Positions 26,914 through 37,273 are shown, counted from the stretch's first letter. The stretch is 64,000 nt of DNA from Candidatus Norongarragalinales archaeon (GCA_036004805.1 DASYRB010000026.1:4938-68937), one strand, 5' to 3'. Translations and numbers: made by a program. Notes: generated from the sequence alone by a model not told the origin.

Positions 26914-29082
26914 CTAGGCGCGTTTCCATTCTTGCCCCGTGTGCGCTGGTGGTATGATGGCGACGGTTTCGAGTTCTTTTTTGCGCATGTAGAATGCTAT
27001 GACCGCGAGACCGGCGAGGACCGCGATTGCGGAGAGAATGTAGCCGGTGCAGACGCCAGCGGTTTTTGATTTGAACACGGGGCAGGCGGCGAGTTCGGCT
27101 TCTTGTTGTTGCAGTTGTGCCTGTGTTAAGTTGATGGGAGAGACGACTCCGCCTTGATCTGTTTGGTTGTAGTTGGTCGCGACGCTCTCGATGAGTAACG
27201 GCTCGCCCATGAGTCCTTGAATCGTGATCTTGTAAGTGCCCGCTTCTTCCGCGATGAACGTGATCCTTCCGTCGATCTTGGATTTTGTCGTGAATTGTCT
27301 GCCGCTCGGGAACTGAACGACCACCTGCACGTTGTACATGGGGTTGCCGTTCTGGTCGCGGATCACGATCTCGATGGTTTGTCCTTGAGTGACTGTTTGC
27401 GGCGCGGTGATCCTTGGCTGCTGCGTGACGCTCGCGGTGGGTTGCGGGGTCGGCGTTGGTGTCGGCGTCGCGGTCGTTGTGGGCGTGGGTGTCGGTGTGG
27501 GCGTGCTGCCGCCGCTGCCGAACGTCTGGTTGGAAGCGTTGAGCGTTAGCGTGATGAACGTCGTGTCGTTGATGAAGTAGAACAAGTCGGGGTTGCTGTA
27601 GTAGCCTTCAGCACCGACGAATAACTGGTGGCTCGTGTACATGATGACGGCGCTGTTGTTGTAGTTCGTGTTCCACGTCGCGCTCGCGTTCTGCAAGTAT
27701 TCGGTGAGGAATTGTTTTGGTATTTGTCCGTTGCTCGCGGTTTGTCCGCTGAACGCGGTCGTGGTGCGATTATCTTTTATTGTTATGACGGTGTTGGCGA
27801 TGGGCGTGCCGTTCTGTGCTTGCGTCTTGACGTCCGTGCCCCATTGCACCGTGAGGTTGCTGTTGTCGAAGAAGTTTTGGCGCGAGCGGTTGAACGTTAC
27901 CGACAAGAACTTGATGCTAGAGTTGCTTGAAGCGTTCGTTTCTGTAGTGGCGTTCGAGAAGCTGGAAGCGTCGATAATTATTTGCGATTGTGACGTTGCG
28001 CGCATTCCTTCGTTCAGGTTTTGGAACGACTCGCTTGAAAAGTTCGCGTTGCTGGCGTAAACCAGCACGCCGACGATGGTGGCGTTCTTGATGGTGTCGC
28101 CCGTGGTTTTGGCGCTGGCGTTGGTGAAGTTCATCGCGATGGAAGAGTTCGTGATCGTGAGTCCGGAGAGCGTCTGGTTCGTGCCCGTGATGCTTATTCC
28201 TTGCGTGTTGTTCGTGAGCGTTGCGGACTGCAGTATGTGTCCGTGTTGGTATAGCGCAACGCCGTAACGCGTGTTGCCGAGCGCGGTTATCGAGTTGAAA
28301 TAAGTCCAGTTCGTGTTCGTCCTGAAGCCGTCCTGATTGTTGTTCGAGAATGAAGACGAAATTATGACGTACCTGTCCTCGATGAGCATTCCGTACTGCG
28401 TGTTTTGACGCGTCGTGACGTTGTTCAGGCCGTGCGAGCCGCTGCCGTTCGTGTGCAGCCCGTAAAGGTTTTGGTAGATGTCAGTGTGCTGTATTGTGGC
28501 GTTGAAATCGTCCAGCAGCAATCCTTCCGCGCTGTTGTTGTTCGCGACACTTCCTGAAATGACCGCTTTCGGCGCCGTGAGGTGAATACCCGTTCCGCCG
28601 TTGCTTGACGCGGTGATGCCCCAAGCTTGCAGGAAAGAGCCGCCCGTCAGGCTGAATCCTTCTCCCGTGTTGTTTTGCGCGTAGGATTGCGTTATGGTGG
28701 AATAGTTTGAACTGCCGAGGATGACGATGCCGTTCGTGCCGCTGTTCGCGGTGTTGTTCGTGAGGTTGGTTTTTTGTGAGTCGAGCGCGCGGATAGCGTT
28801 CGCAAAGTTCTGGACGAAACAGTTCGTGACCGTGACGTTGCTCGAGGAACTGACGAATATGCCGTCGCCGGTGTAAGAGCCGTTGATCTTGAAGCCGGCA
28901 CAGTCGAGCGTGACGTTCGCGGCGGTGATCGTGATGCACGTGCCCGTGTTGAACAAGGTCGCGTTGAGCGCGTAGCTTTCTCCCGGAGTCGAGAGCGTGG
29001 TGCACGTGCCGACGTTCGTCTGTGCAAACGCACGGCTGGCGAGAATCGTGACGAGAACGAGAAGGATTGCTAACTTTTTCAT
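26914..29082 (-). CDS. Surface protein with right-handed beta-helix (NosD/PbH1) repeats, PT linker, Ig-like domain and C-terminal TM
   Basis: Signal peptide, ITITAANVTLDCAG, repeated N-x-x-GI motifs, (PT)n linker, C-terminal YILSAIAVLAGLAVIAFY-RKK. Confidence 0.88.
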   Translation of the reverse strand: MKKLAILLVLVTILASRAFAQTNVGTCTTLSTPGESYALNATLFNTGTCITITAANVTLDCAGFKINGSYTGDGIFVSSSSNVTVTNCFVQNFANAIRALDSQKTNLTNNTANSGTNGIVILGSSNYSTITQSYAQNNTGEGFSLTGGSFLQAWGITASSNGGTGIHLTAPKAVISGSVANNNSAEGLLLDDFNATIQHTDIYQNLYGLHTNGSGSHGLNNVTTRQNTQYGMLIEDRYVIISSSFSNNNQDGFRTNTNWTYFNSITALGNTRYGVALYQHGHILQSATLTNNTQGISITGTNQTLSGLTITNSSIAMNFTNASAKTTGDTIKNATIVGVLVYASNANFSSESFQNLNEGMRATSQSQIIIDASSFSNATTETNASSNSSIKFLSVTFNRSRQNFFDNSNLTVQWGTDVKTQAQNGTPIANTVITIKDNRTTTAFSGQTASNGQIPKQFLTEYLQNASATWNTNYNNSAVIMYTSHQLFVGAEGYYSNPDLFYFINDTTFITLTLNASNQTFGSGGSTPTPTPTPTTTATPTPTPTPQPTASVTQQPRITAPQTVTQGQTIEIVIRDQNGNPMYNVQVVVQFPSGRQFTTKSKIDGRITFIAEEAGTYKITIQGLMGEPLLIESVATNYNQTDQGGVVSPINLTQAQLQQQEAELAACPVFKSKTAGVCTGYILSAIAVLAGLAVIAFYMRKKELETVAIIPPAHTGQEWKRA

Positions 29083-29182
29083 TGCGCCCTAAGCACGCTT
29101 TTTTCTTTTTTTTGTGCAGATTGTGGAGGTCTTGTGGGTTTAGAAGAGTTTGGTGCAAAGTAGCCAACGGGCTCGTTTTGGG

Positions 29183-30481
29183 CTAGTCGCTGGCGATTAT
29201 TTCGTTGCGCTGGTAGCCGTGTTGTTTTTCGAACTCCGATTCTTCAATGATGTCCTTGATCATCAACGCGTAGTGCTTGAGGTTTGCCGAGTCGATCGCG
29301 TGGCCGCCCGGCATCTCGTTGACGTAGACTCCGGCTTCGTCGAGAGTGTCGCCGTATTTTCGCAGGTATTGCTTGTCCTTTGTGCCGATGACGCTGTCGT
29401 TCGTGCGCAGGAACGCGGTGATGGGCGCGACTCTCGAGGGTATTTTTGAGAACGCGAGCAGCATTTTTTGGTCGTGCGGCCTGCCCTTGAGCGCCGAGAG
29501 CCGCTCGTTGAGGATTTGTTTTTGGATGTCTTGTATTTTTTGCGCGATCTCTCTTCTCTTGTAGACTTTTGTTGTCGCTGTGCGCTTGAGGGCTTCGATG
29601 CTTTTTTCGAGCCGCTGGACTTTTTCCGTTCGTGTCTCTTTCTCGATGGTCGTGCGCAGGAGGCTGGCGGTCTTGATGAGTTGTTCGTAGTGGTCGACCG
29701 CGTCGGGGAATCTTGGCACATGCTTGGCTTCTTTGGGTATCGCGTGGATCTTGACTCGCGTGAGGCTGCCGAGCTTGACGCTGCTCTTCCTGCCGCGCAC
29801 GAGGTTCGCGATGATGACTTTTATTTTTCTTTTCCAGTTGCCAGGAATGTCGGTCAGCACGAAGTGCGTGGAGAGAACGTTGCGAAGGAAGTAGCGCCAT
29901 GGCAGGTTCTTGTGCCTGATCGCGCTGTACAACAGCTTCATGTGTCTGGCGTTCTTGAAGTCTTCGACGGGAGCGAGCGTGATGATTTGCGGGATTTCGG
30001 GCAGCTCGTGGAGCGGGTGTTTGCCGTACGCGTGCGTGAGTCCGTCGACGACGATTGGCGCGGCGAAGCTGTGCGCGTGTATGTAGGCGCGGTCGATGCC
30101 TTTCTCTTTCTTGAGGTAGTGGAGGGTTTTTCCTACGTCGCGGATCATTTGAGGCACGTTCAACGGCAGCAACGTTTTGCCATGTCCGCGTTGGTCCACG
30201 ACCGCCACGTTCATGCCGTCATCGTTCAGGGCACGGATGAATTTCCGCGTGCCAGCGCTCTCCATCGACGTCGTGATTCCAGGAAAGTGGACGACGAATG
30301 GCGCGTTGTCATTTTCTTCCACCGTGACCGTTTTCTTGTTCCCGTCCTTGTCCGTCACTTCGTGCTTCGTGACCTTGACGCGTCGGAAGATCCTGCCTTG
30401 CAGGAATCCCTTGCTGCCTAGCGCTACGGGAATCTTGATGTCTTCTTGGCGTATGTCGACGCGTTGTTCAGCTCTAGCCAT
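29183..30481 (-). CDS. Alpha/beta-hydrolase fold protein with coiled-coil insertion
   Basis: VVHFPGI, VDQRGHG, AHSFA nucleophile elbow, NDSVI, GGHA. Likely start ATG 30481. Confidence 0.75.
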   Translation of the reverse strand: MARAEQRVDIRQEDIKIPVALGSKGFLQGRIFRRVKVTKHEVTDKDGNKKTVTVEENDNAPFVVHFPGITTSMESAGTRKFIRALNDDGMNVAVVDQRGHGKTLLPLNVPQMIRDVGKTLHYLKKEKGIDRAYIHAHSFAAPIVVDGLTHAYGKHPLHELPEIPQIITLAPVEDFKNARHMKLLYSAIRHKNLPWRYFLRNVLSTHFVLTDIPGNWKRKIKVIIANLVRGRKSSVKLGSLTRVKIHAIPKEAKHVPRFPDAVDHYEQLIKTASLLRTTIEKETRTEKVQRLEKSIEALKRTATTKVYKRREIAQKIQDIQKQILNERLSALKGRPHDQKMLLAFSKIPSRVAPITAFLRTNDSVIGTKDKQYLRKYGDTLDEAGVYVNEMPGGHAIDSANLKHYALMIKDIIEESEFEKQHGYQRNEIIASD

Positions 30482-30579
30482 TTTTGCGCTTGCTTCCTCT
30501 TGCAGGAATTGTTTAGCGCGGTGGCTCGTTTTTATTGTGTCGCTAGTTAAAAATTTCTCAAAAGAAAAAAGTTTTTCCC

Positions 30580-31362
30580 ATGTTACAAAATACTTTTTTG
30601 TTGTTGCTTTTCGCGCTCCTGTGCGCTGGCTGTGTTCAGGGCGCGCAGTTCTCAAAGCCCGCGCCATCGCCCACGCCGCAGGGCCTGGAAGCGAGCGTCG
30701 CTCTTTTTCACTCCTCGGCCGTCGATTTCACCAAGCGGCATCCCGATTACGCGGTGTCGCTCCACTACTTTACGGCGGAAGAGTTCAGTGATAACTATCG
30801 CACGATACAGGCACAGTGCGGACCGCTGCCCTTGAGGAACTATACGCAGGTCGCGCTGCGAGGAGGTAATGAGAACTTGTTCCTAATCGTCGATGCGCAA
30901 GCGAGGAGCGTGGTTTGCAGCAGCGCGCAGCCCTACGCGCCGTCTTATCCGCCGGCGCCTCTCGTCGAGAACACGACCACCGCGAGTTCTTGCGTGCCAC
31001 TGCTTTTGCCTTATTCTCAAGAAGGGCGGGTTTTTGCGAGGCAGTTGTTCTTCAACGCGATCGCTTCCGGGTTTTGCGCGTGCGCTTCTCGTTTCGATGA
31101 TGACATCGAGAGCTTCCGTTATCAGCAATTGTTGAAATTCGAGCCTTCCATCGCGGCTGCAGCGGAAAAGACGAACGCTTCAAGGAGTAACGCGCAGCGT
31201 GAGTTGCGGTTGTTGTCTGGTTCATTGAACTCGAGCAATTTGAACAGTTCTGCGAGTACGGTTTCTTCTTTCAAGAGCGATTTTGCCGATTTCTATAGAG
31301 AGGATTGCGCGATCGAGGATGCGTGGTTCAGTCAGTTGCGTTTCGAGCTATCCGAACGTTAG
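30580..31362 (+). CDS. Hypothetical lipoprotein-like exported protein
   Basis: Hydrophobic N-terminus with lipobox-like LCAGC; several Cys. Confidence 0.65.
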   Translation: MLQNTFLLLLFALLCAGCVQGAQFSKPAPSPTPQGLEASVALFHSSAVDFTKRHPDYAVSLHYFTAEEFSDNYRTIQAQCGPLPLRNYTQVALRGGNENLFLIVDAQARSVVCSSAQPYAPSYPPAPLVENTTTASSCVPLLLPYSQEGRVFARQLFFNAIASGFCACASRFDDDIESFRYQQLLKFEPSIAAAAEKTNASRSNAQRELRLLSGSLNSSNLNSSASTVSSFKSDFADFYREDCAIEDAWFSQLRFELSER

Positions 31363-32262
31363 CGCGAATGCGCGGATGGCGGTTTTTGGAAGGATTCTCA
31401 GTTCCGCCTCACGCGGTTTTTTCGAGCGGAACACGTTGTACATGCGTCTCGAGTCGAGCGCGAGCTTGCCGTTCTTGACGTCGCTTCCACCGTCGCTGTC
31501 AGCGATGGGTTTGCCGTCGATCGTGACATCGACGCTTTTGGTCTTGAGCGGGTCGATCACGATGTTGACTTCTTTTGCGAAGAACTTGTACGCGAAATGA
31601 CCCGTGCCCTCGACGTGTTCTTTTTCTTGGTGCCATTCGCCTTGGAGATAGATGATGTCGCGTTCGTGCTTGCCTTGGTCGAGGTAGCGACAAGCGCCGC
31701 CGGGCAGGCAAACGCCACTCGAGCCTATCTCGCCTCGCGCAGAGCCGGCGTATGTTTCGGGGGATTGTCCAGCGGTGTATGACGGCTGGGTCTCTTCACC
31801 GAGCGATTCTTTGATGCCGAGTAGTTGTTGTATTTGTCGCTCGGTTTCTTTGTAGCCGCCTTCGCCGAAGTGCGTGTAGCGAATCACGCCGTTCTTGTCC
31901 ACTAGGTATTTCGCGGGCCAGTAGTGGTTGCTGAAAGCGTTCCAAGTCGCCATGTCGCTGTCGAGAGCCACCGGCCATTTGACGTTCAAGCGTTTGACCG
32001 CGTCTTTCACGTTCTCGAGCTTGCCTTCGAACTCGAACTCTGGCGCGTGTACGCCGACGATGACGAGTCCTTTTTTCGCGTATTTTTCGTGCCACGCGCG
32101 AATGTACGGCAGCGTGCGCAAGCAGTTGATGCAGGTGTACGTCCAGAAATCGACGAGGACGACTTTGCCCTTGAGCTCGCTCATCGTCAAGGGCTTGGTG
32201 TTGAGCCACGCGTTGATTCCTGTGAAGTCGGGCGCTTTGCGGTTGGCAGAAAAAAGCTCCAT
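31348..32262 (-). CDS. Redoxin with DipZ-type C-terminal domain
   Basis: LVDFWTYTCINCLRT, VGVHAPEFEFE, NHYWPAKY, HFGEGGY, SPETY, AFALTFG. Confidence 0.9.
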   Translation of the reverse strand: MELFSANRKAPDFTGINAWLNTKPLTMSELKGKVVLVDFWTYTCINCLRTLPYIRAWHEKYAKKGLVIVGVHAPEFEFEGKLENVKDAVKRLNVKWPVALDSDMATWNAFSNHYWPAKYLVDKNGVIRYTHFGEGGYKETERQIQQLLGIKESLGEETQPSYTAGQSPETYAGSARGEIGSSGVCLPGGACRYLDQGKHERDIIYLQGEWHQEKEHVEGTGHFAYKFFAKEVNIVIDPLKTKSVDVTIDGKPIADSDGGSDVKNGKLALDSRRMYNVFRSKKPREAELRILPKTAIRAFALTFG

Positions 32263-32343
32263 TGTTTCTCGGGACGGGTTTTCTTTGAGGACGGTTTTAA
32301 AACAACGCTTTACCCAACGCTCTTTCGGAGAATCAAAAACAAA

Positions 32344-34587
32344 ATGCATGAGCAAGTACCGGTAGACGAGACGCTCGCAAAACAAGGCGTCAGGGCGATC
32401 AGGCACGGCTCCTTCAAACACCCATTGCTCATCGCGCAGCACGGTTCTCACATCGACATCGTCGGCATGCTCGCGTTCTCAGACGCGGAAAGACAGAACA
32501 TGCTGAACAAGAGAATCGCGGAACTGGGCAGTTACAAGGACAAAGCGAAACAACTCGCGGACCGAGACCGCAACCTGAAAGCCGCCAAGCCCAGCATCGA
32601 GCGCTTGCAGACCCTCGAAAAAGTGGAAATGCTCGAAGGACAGATTAAAGCCATCGCCAACGCCGCGTTCTCCGCAGGCATTCCCGACGACAGCGCGGAC
32701 AAGGTGTCGCGCGCGATCTCTCAAGAAATGAACGGCGTGCCCGTGCGCGTGCTGCGACAATCAAGTGCCACGAGCGACATTCGCGCGAAAAAAATCAAGT
32801 CGGAAGTCCACACACACACTTTCGAAGAGCTTCATGCGAGCCTCGACAGCCAAGAAGAAAAAGCCCAACCCGCCGCCGCGGCGCCTGGAGAACTGCCCGC
32901 AATAGTCATTCCCGAATCCACCACGCCCGAACGCAAGGTAAGGATCGGTCCGCCGGGTCGCTTGATGCAGCCGCCGCCTGAAGCGTTCGCGGTTTCAAGC
33001 AGAAAAGAGCCGAGAGTGGTGACGACGGTCACTGGTGGCCGCGGGGTGAAGAGCGAGAGCGACGCCTGGTTCGACCTCATCGACCGATCTCTCGACGCCA
33101 CGAACTCTCTCAGGGAAGAGATAACATCACTGCAAGAAAAACTGAAGCACACCGAAGACGCGCGCGTGAGTGAAAAAAGAGCACTCGACGATCGCTTGAG
33201 ACATGCGGAAGAAAGAGCCAAGCTGGGCGACACTGAAGCGAAGCGAGAGATCGCGTCACTCAAGAACGACCTCGAAGGACTCAAAGCCAAAACTAATGGA
33301 GAAATAACGCAGCTCAAGAGCCACATCCTCACACTGCAGGAACAACTCCGCGATTCCCACACGCACCTGCAAGAAGCCCGTGAATTCATCGAAAAACAAG
33401 AACGCGACATCTCCTCCAAACAAACCGAGATCAACCGCCTCGGCGAACAACTCAAAGAACTCGACCGAGAAAGACAAGAATACTTCTCGCAAGGCGCCAA
33501 GAGCGAAGCGGACAAGGAACGCGCGCGTCAAGAGTTCGCGAGAAGACGCGACGAACTCGTGCGCCAGATGAACGCAAAACAAGAACAGCTCGACCGCACG
33601 CAAGCCAACCTCTCCGCGCTGGACTCGAAAATCAGACAGTTCAAACAAGAACTCGAAGAAGCACGCCTCGCCGCGAGAGAAGGAGAAGAGAGCTTTGACG
33701 ATTACCGCAAAAAAGCGATGGGCTGGGTAGGCAAGCTGCGTGATACGCGCACCGAACTACGCGAAGCACTTCGCCACGCCGGCACACAGCTCGGCGCTTT
33801 CCAATCACAACTCGAACGCTCCGAAGATCTTCGAAGAATGGCCGAGAAGAACTTGAACGCGATGAAGCGCAAAGAGCAAGAATTGTCCTCGCTCTTGACC
33901 TCGCGCGAGAAAAAACTCGCACAACTCGAACAATCACTCAAAACGGCACAGGCGGAACTCGAGCAAGCAAGAACGCGTGCCACGAGCGAATACGATCATG
34001 GCAAACAACTCGAAAACGAGCTCGCTGCCGCGCAGAAGCGCGGCGAAGACGTGTCAAGCATCCGTGGACAGCTCTTCGAGAGCAAAGCGCTCATCGAGGC
34101 TTCTCTCAAGAACGCGCGCCGAGCGGAAGAACAGCTCAAAAAAGCGCTCGCTGAAAAAGAAAAACTGGGCAAGGATTTCGAAAAGCTCTCACAACAACAC
34201 GCCAAAAGCAAGCAGGAACTAGAACACGCTCACAACAAGCTCGAAGAAACGTTGGGAGAACAGGAACGCCTGAAACGCGCGTTGGAAGAGAAAGCAGTCG
34301 CGGCAGTGCCTGAAGCGATCTCTCGCGCGTCCGCACCTTACTCCGAACCTGCGCAAGTCTCGCGCATCTCTGCAAGACCTACGACTAGCATAACGTTCCA
34401 AACCACTACTGCCGCTGCGGCGAAGCGCGCGGAAGAAAAACCGAAAGGCGGCGGTAGTGATGAGAAAGAGAAAAGCAAGCCGGTCTCGCTCGGTGGTGTG
34501 AAGATCAACGAGGAAGAGCTATGGGTGCTCGTGATATTCATTCTGGTAGTGATGGCGATATTTTTCGCGCTCGCAGCCTTTCGCTAA
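32344..34587 (+). CDS. Long coiled-coil protein with C-terminal TM anchor
   Basis: About 400 aa of E/K/Q/R/L heptads; ends LWVLVIFILVVMAIFFALAAFR. Likely start ATG 32344. Confidence 0.85.
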   Translation: MHEQVPVDETLAKQGVRAIRHGSFKHPLLIAQHGSHIDIVGMLAFSDAERQNMLNKRIAELGSYKDKAKQLADRDRNLKAAKPSIERLQTLEKVEMLEGQIKAIANAAFSAGIPDDSADKVSRAISQEMNGVPVRVLRQSSATSDIRAKKIKSEVHTHTFEELHASLDSQEEKAQPAAAAPGELPAIVIPESTTPERKVRIGPPGRLMQPPPEAFAVSSRKEPRVVTTVTGGRGVKSESDAWFDLIDRSLDATNSLREEITSLQEKLKHTEDARVSEKRALDDRLRHAEERAKLGDTEAKREIASLKNDLEGLKAKTNGEITQLKSHILTLQEQLRDSHTHLQEAREFIEKQERDISSKQTEINRLGEQLKELDRERQEYFSQGAKSEADKERARQEFARRRDELVRQMNAKQEQLDRTQANLSALDSKIRQFKQELEEARLAAREGEESFDDYRKKAMGWVGKLRDTRTELREALRHAGTQLGAFQSQLERSEDLRRMAEKNLNAMKRKEQELSSLLTSREKKLAQLEQSLKTAQAELEQARTRATSEYDHGKQLENELAAAQKRGEDVSSIRGQLFESKALIEASLKNARRAEEQLKKALAEKEKLGKDFEKLSQQHAKSKQELEHAHNKLEETLGEQERLKRALEEKAVAAVPEAISRASAPYSEPAQVSRISARPTTSITFQTTTAAAAKRAEEKPKGGGSDEKEKSKPVSLGGVKINEEELWVLVIFILVVMAIFFALAAFR

Positions 34588-34596
34588 AAAACTTTT

Positions 34597-35802
34597 CTAG
34601 CGCGATCTTTTTTCGGCTATGACTTTCTTGTAGAACGCGAGGATCTTGTCGGCCTGGTTTTTCCAGTCGAATTCTTTCACCGCGCGCTTCCTCGCGCTGC
34701 GACCCATTTTGCGAGCGAGGGATGGTTTTTGTGCAAGCTTGAGCATCGCGTTCACGAGCGCCTTAGTATCTCGTTTTGGAACGACGAATCCGTCCTTGCC
34801 GTTCCTTACCGCTTCCGCGTCTCCTCCCGCGTCGCTGCACACGCAAGGCAGGCCGCTCGACATCGCTTCCAACAGCGCGATGGGAAAAACTTCCCACAGT
34901 GAGGGAAGAACGAACGCGTCCGCCGCGTTCAACGCTTGCAAGAGTTGCGGTCCGTGGCGTGGCCCGGCGAACCATACGTGCTTGTCGACATGTAGGCTCT
35001 TGGCGAGTTTTTCAAGCTTCTTTCTTTCACTGCCTTCGCCGACGAGCACGATCTTGATGTTGGGCGATTTTTTGAGCGCTTCCGGCAGTCCGCGTATTAG
35101 ATAGTCGAGTCCTTTTTGCTTGATGACGCGTCCGACCCAGAAGAACGCGAAATCGCCGGGCGCGAGGTGGAATGCCGCGCGTGCTTTTTGTCGTTGTTGC
35201 GCGTTGGGCGGGTGGTAGTCGTGGGTCTCGACGCCGTTGTGTATTGTGAACATCTTGTTTTTCGAAATGCCGTATTTTGCGATGTCTTGGCGTGCGAACT
35301 CGCTGGTCGCGATGATGCGGTCGGCGCATCGGAAGATCATTTGTCCGATGGGCAGGTCGTACATGTAGCCGAAAACCGTGTATGCGGTAGAGATGCCGGA
35401 GGGTCGCGCGTTGTGTATCGAGATGACCATGGGTTTGCGCGAGAGCTTGCTGTAAGCGCAGAGCGCGAGCGCCCAGTCGGCGAACCAGCGGTTGTGCAAG
35501 TGGAACAAGTCGAAGTCGTACTTTTCGTCTAGCTTTTTGAGCGCGAGAAGCACGCCAGGCGTAATCGTCGTGGGTGGCGGGTAGAGAAGCGGTGCTTTGA
35601 CGATTGTTGTGGGTATGCGGTGTACTTCGAAGCCGTGCATCGTTTCATGCACCGGTGTGCCGGGCAGCCTGCTCGTTAGCACGTGTACTTTCACGCCGCG
35701 CGCAGCGAGTCGCTTGGCGAGTTCGAACATATGTTTCTCGATACCGCCGCTGAACGGGTGGAACAAGGCGTTGACGAGACAGACTCGCAATTGTTTCTTC
35801 AT
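34597..35802 (-). CDS. Glycosyltransferase family 4
   Basis: GGIE, IHNGV, VGRVIKQKG, PSLWEVFPIALLEAMSSGLP. Confidence 0.93.
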   Translation of the reverse strand: MKKQLRVCLVNALFHPFSGGIEKHMFELAKRLAARGVKVHVLTSRLPGTPVHETMHGFEVHRIPTTIVKAPLLYPPPTTITPGVLLALKKLDEKYDFDLFHLHNRWFADWALALCAYSKLSRKPMVISIHNARPSGISTAYTVFGYMYDLPIGQMIFRCADRIIATSEFARQDIAKYGISKNKMFTIHNGVETHDYHPPNAQQRQKARAAFHLAPGDFAFFWVGRVIKQKGLDYLIRGLPEALKKSPNIKIVLVGEGSERKKLEKLAKSLHVDKHVWFAGPRHGPQLLQALNAADAFVLPSLWEVFPIALLEAMSSGLPCVCSDAGGDAEAVRNGKDGFVVPKRDTKALVNAMLKLAQKPSLARKMGRSARKRAVKEFDWKNQADKILAFYKKVIAEKRSR

Positions 35803-35806
35803 TTTT

Positions 35807-36859
35807 TCACGCGATTTTTTCGTAAATGTTGAGTAGTTTTTCTACGGAAGCGTTTATGTCGCGCTTTTTGACTTGTGTGAGCGCGCGTTGGCTCATTTCT
35901 TGGCGCATTGCTGGGTTTTCGAACAGCGTCCTCGTGGCGATCGCCATTTTGGAGGGCGTGCTGCATGCTTCTCCGCCTCTGCCTACGACTTCAGTGAGCA
36001 CTTTCAGTGGCGTGTAGAGCACTGGCGTGCCACAGGCTTGGCTTTCTTGCGCGACGAGTCCTTCCGTCTCTATTTTCGAGGGCATTAGCGTTACTGTCGC
36101 GCCTTTGTAAGCGCTGAGTACTTGTTCGCGTGGAATGCGTGGAAGCATTTTCACGTTGGGTGGAGCTTTGCGGGCGAGTTTTTTGGTCTGCATGCCGGCG
36201 CCGATCATTACGAACTGTCTCGTTGGCAGGGCGCGTGCGCATTGCAGCACCCATTCGGGTTGTTTCGACGAGTCATAGCGGCCGACGAATACCGCGTAGT
36301 CTTTCTTGATGCCGTATTTTTTGCGAAATAGATTATCACTGACTTTTTTGAACTCTTCAAGATTGACGCCGTTCGGCACAACGTCGATGGGTTTCTTGAC
36401 GCCGTTTCTTCGGAATATCGCGGCGCCGTTGTTGGTCTGGCTTATCACGCGGTCGAAGCGGTTCAGGAACCAGCTTTCGTATTTCCATACGGCGTTGGTG
36501 ATCGTGCCGGGTTGTTTGCTGCCGAATATCGACTCGATGAAGTGGTAGGGCAGGAAGTGTGCCGTGACGACTTTAGGCAGGTCGAGCGCTGACGCGTAAA
36601 GTCCTAGCGTGTATGGCGAGTGAGCGTGTACGACGTCGACTTGCGGAATTTTTCCCGGAGGAATCACGATGTCGTAGTCCGGAATCATTGGATACCTGAC
36701 GAACGGTAGCGCGCGTGTCTGGAAAGGATAGGATCCGTTAACGCGTCCCGTGTAGAGCACGACGCTGGTTTTTTTCGCGAGGAACGGAAGTACTTGCTTG
36801 ATGGCGGTTGCGACGCCGTTGTTTTGTTCGAACGTGTCACTGAACCATGCTGTCTTCAT
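35807..36859 (-). CDS. Glycosyltransferase family 4
   Basis: SDTFEQNNGV, VPNGV, VGRYDSSK, PSKIETEGLVAQESQACGTP. Confidence 0.9.
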   Translation of the reverse strand: MKTAWFSDTFEQNNGVATAIKQVLPFLAKKTSVVLYTGRVNGSYPFQTRALPFVRYPMIPDYDIVIPPGKIPQVDVVHAHSPYTLGLYASALDLPKVVTAHFLPYHFIESIFGSKQPGTITNAVWKYESWFLNRFDRVISQTNNGAAIFRRNGVKKPIDVVPNGVNLEEFKKVSDNLFRKKYGIKKDYAVFVGRYDSSKQPEWVLQCARALPTRQFVMIGAGMQTKKLARKAPPNVKMLPRIPREQVLSAYKGATVTLMPSKIETEGLVAQESQACGTPVLYTPLKVLTEVVGRGGEACSTPSKMAIATRTLFENPAMRQEMSQRALTQVKKRDINASVEKLLNIYEKIA

Positions 36860-36883
36860 TCTTTTTCCCGTTCTCCGCTTTTT

Positions 36884-37273
36884 TTACAAGTAGGCCTTGA
36901 GGGCGGTCTTTGCTTTCGGCACGTCTTCGCACCGCACGGCGACGAGCGTCTGGTCTCCGTGCTTGCTTAGGATGTAAGTGCTTTCGATGTTGATTTTTTT
37001 GTCCGCTAGCGCGCGCGTGATCTTCGCGAGTTCTCCCGGTCTGTCCTTGAGTCTTACGACGAGCACGTCGCTCGGGACGACCTTGAAGCCGGCGGTTTCT
37101 AGCGCGTGTCTCGCTTTGCGCTCGTCGCTCACTAACAAGCGTGTGACGGCGGTCTGGTTGCTCGTTTCCAGCGCGATGTTTTCAATGTTGACTTTCGCGT
37201 TGGCGAGGGCTTCGCTCACGTCGGCCAGTAGGCCGATGCGGTCTTTAGCGATCACGGTAAGCTCGACGGTCAC
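36884..37273 (-). CDS. Tandem ACT-domain protein
   Basis: DRIGLLADVSEALANAKVNI and DRPGELAKITRALADKKINI. Confidence 0.9.
   Translation of the reverse strand: MTVELTVIAKDRIGLLADVSEALANAKVNIENIALETSNQTAVTRLLVSDERKARHALETAGFKVVPSDVLVVRLKDRPGELAKITRALADKKINIESTYILSKHGDQTLVAVRCEDVPKAKTALKAYL

Noticed and set aside
31924..32343. N-terminal extensions given in the ORF track (also 6799-7026, 24766-25212, 14125-14241, 30482-30667, 60384-60575)
   Set aside because: They overlap well-supported opposite-strand genes or promoters; downstream starts fit better.
32344..34587. Second SMC or Rad50
   Set aside because: No Walker motifs, hinge or zinc hook, and it has a TM tail.
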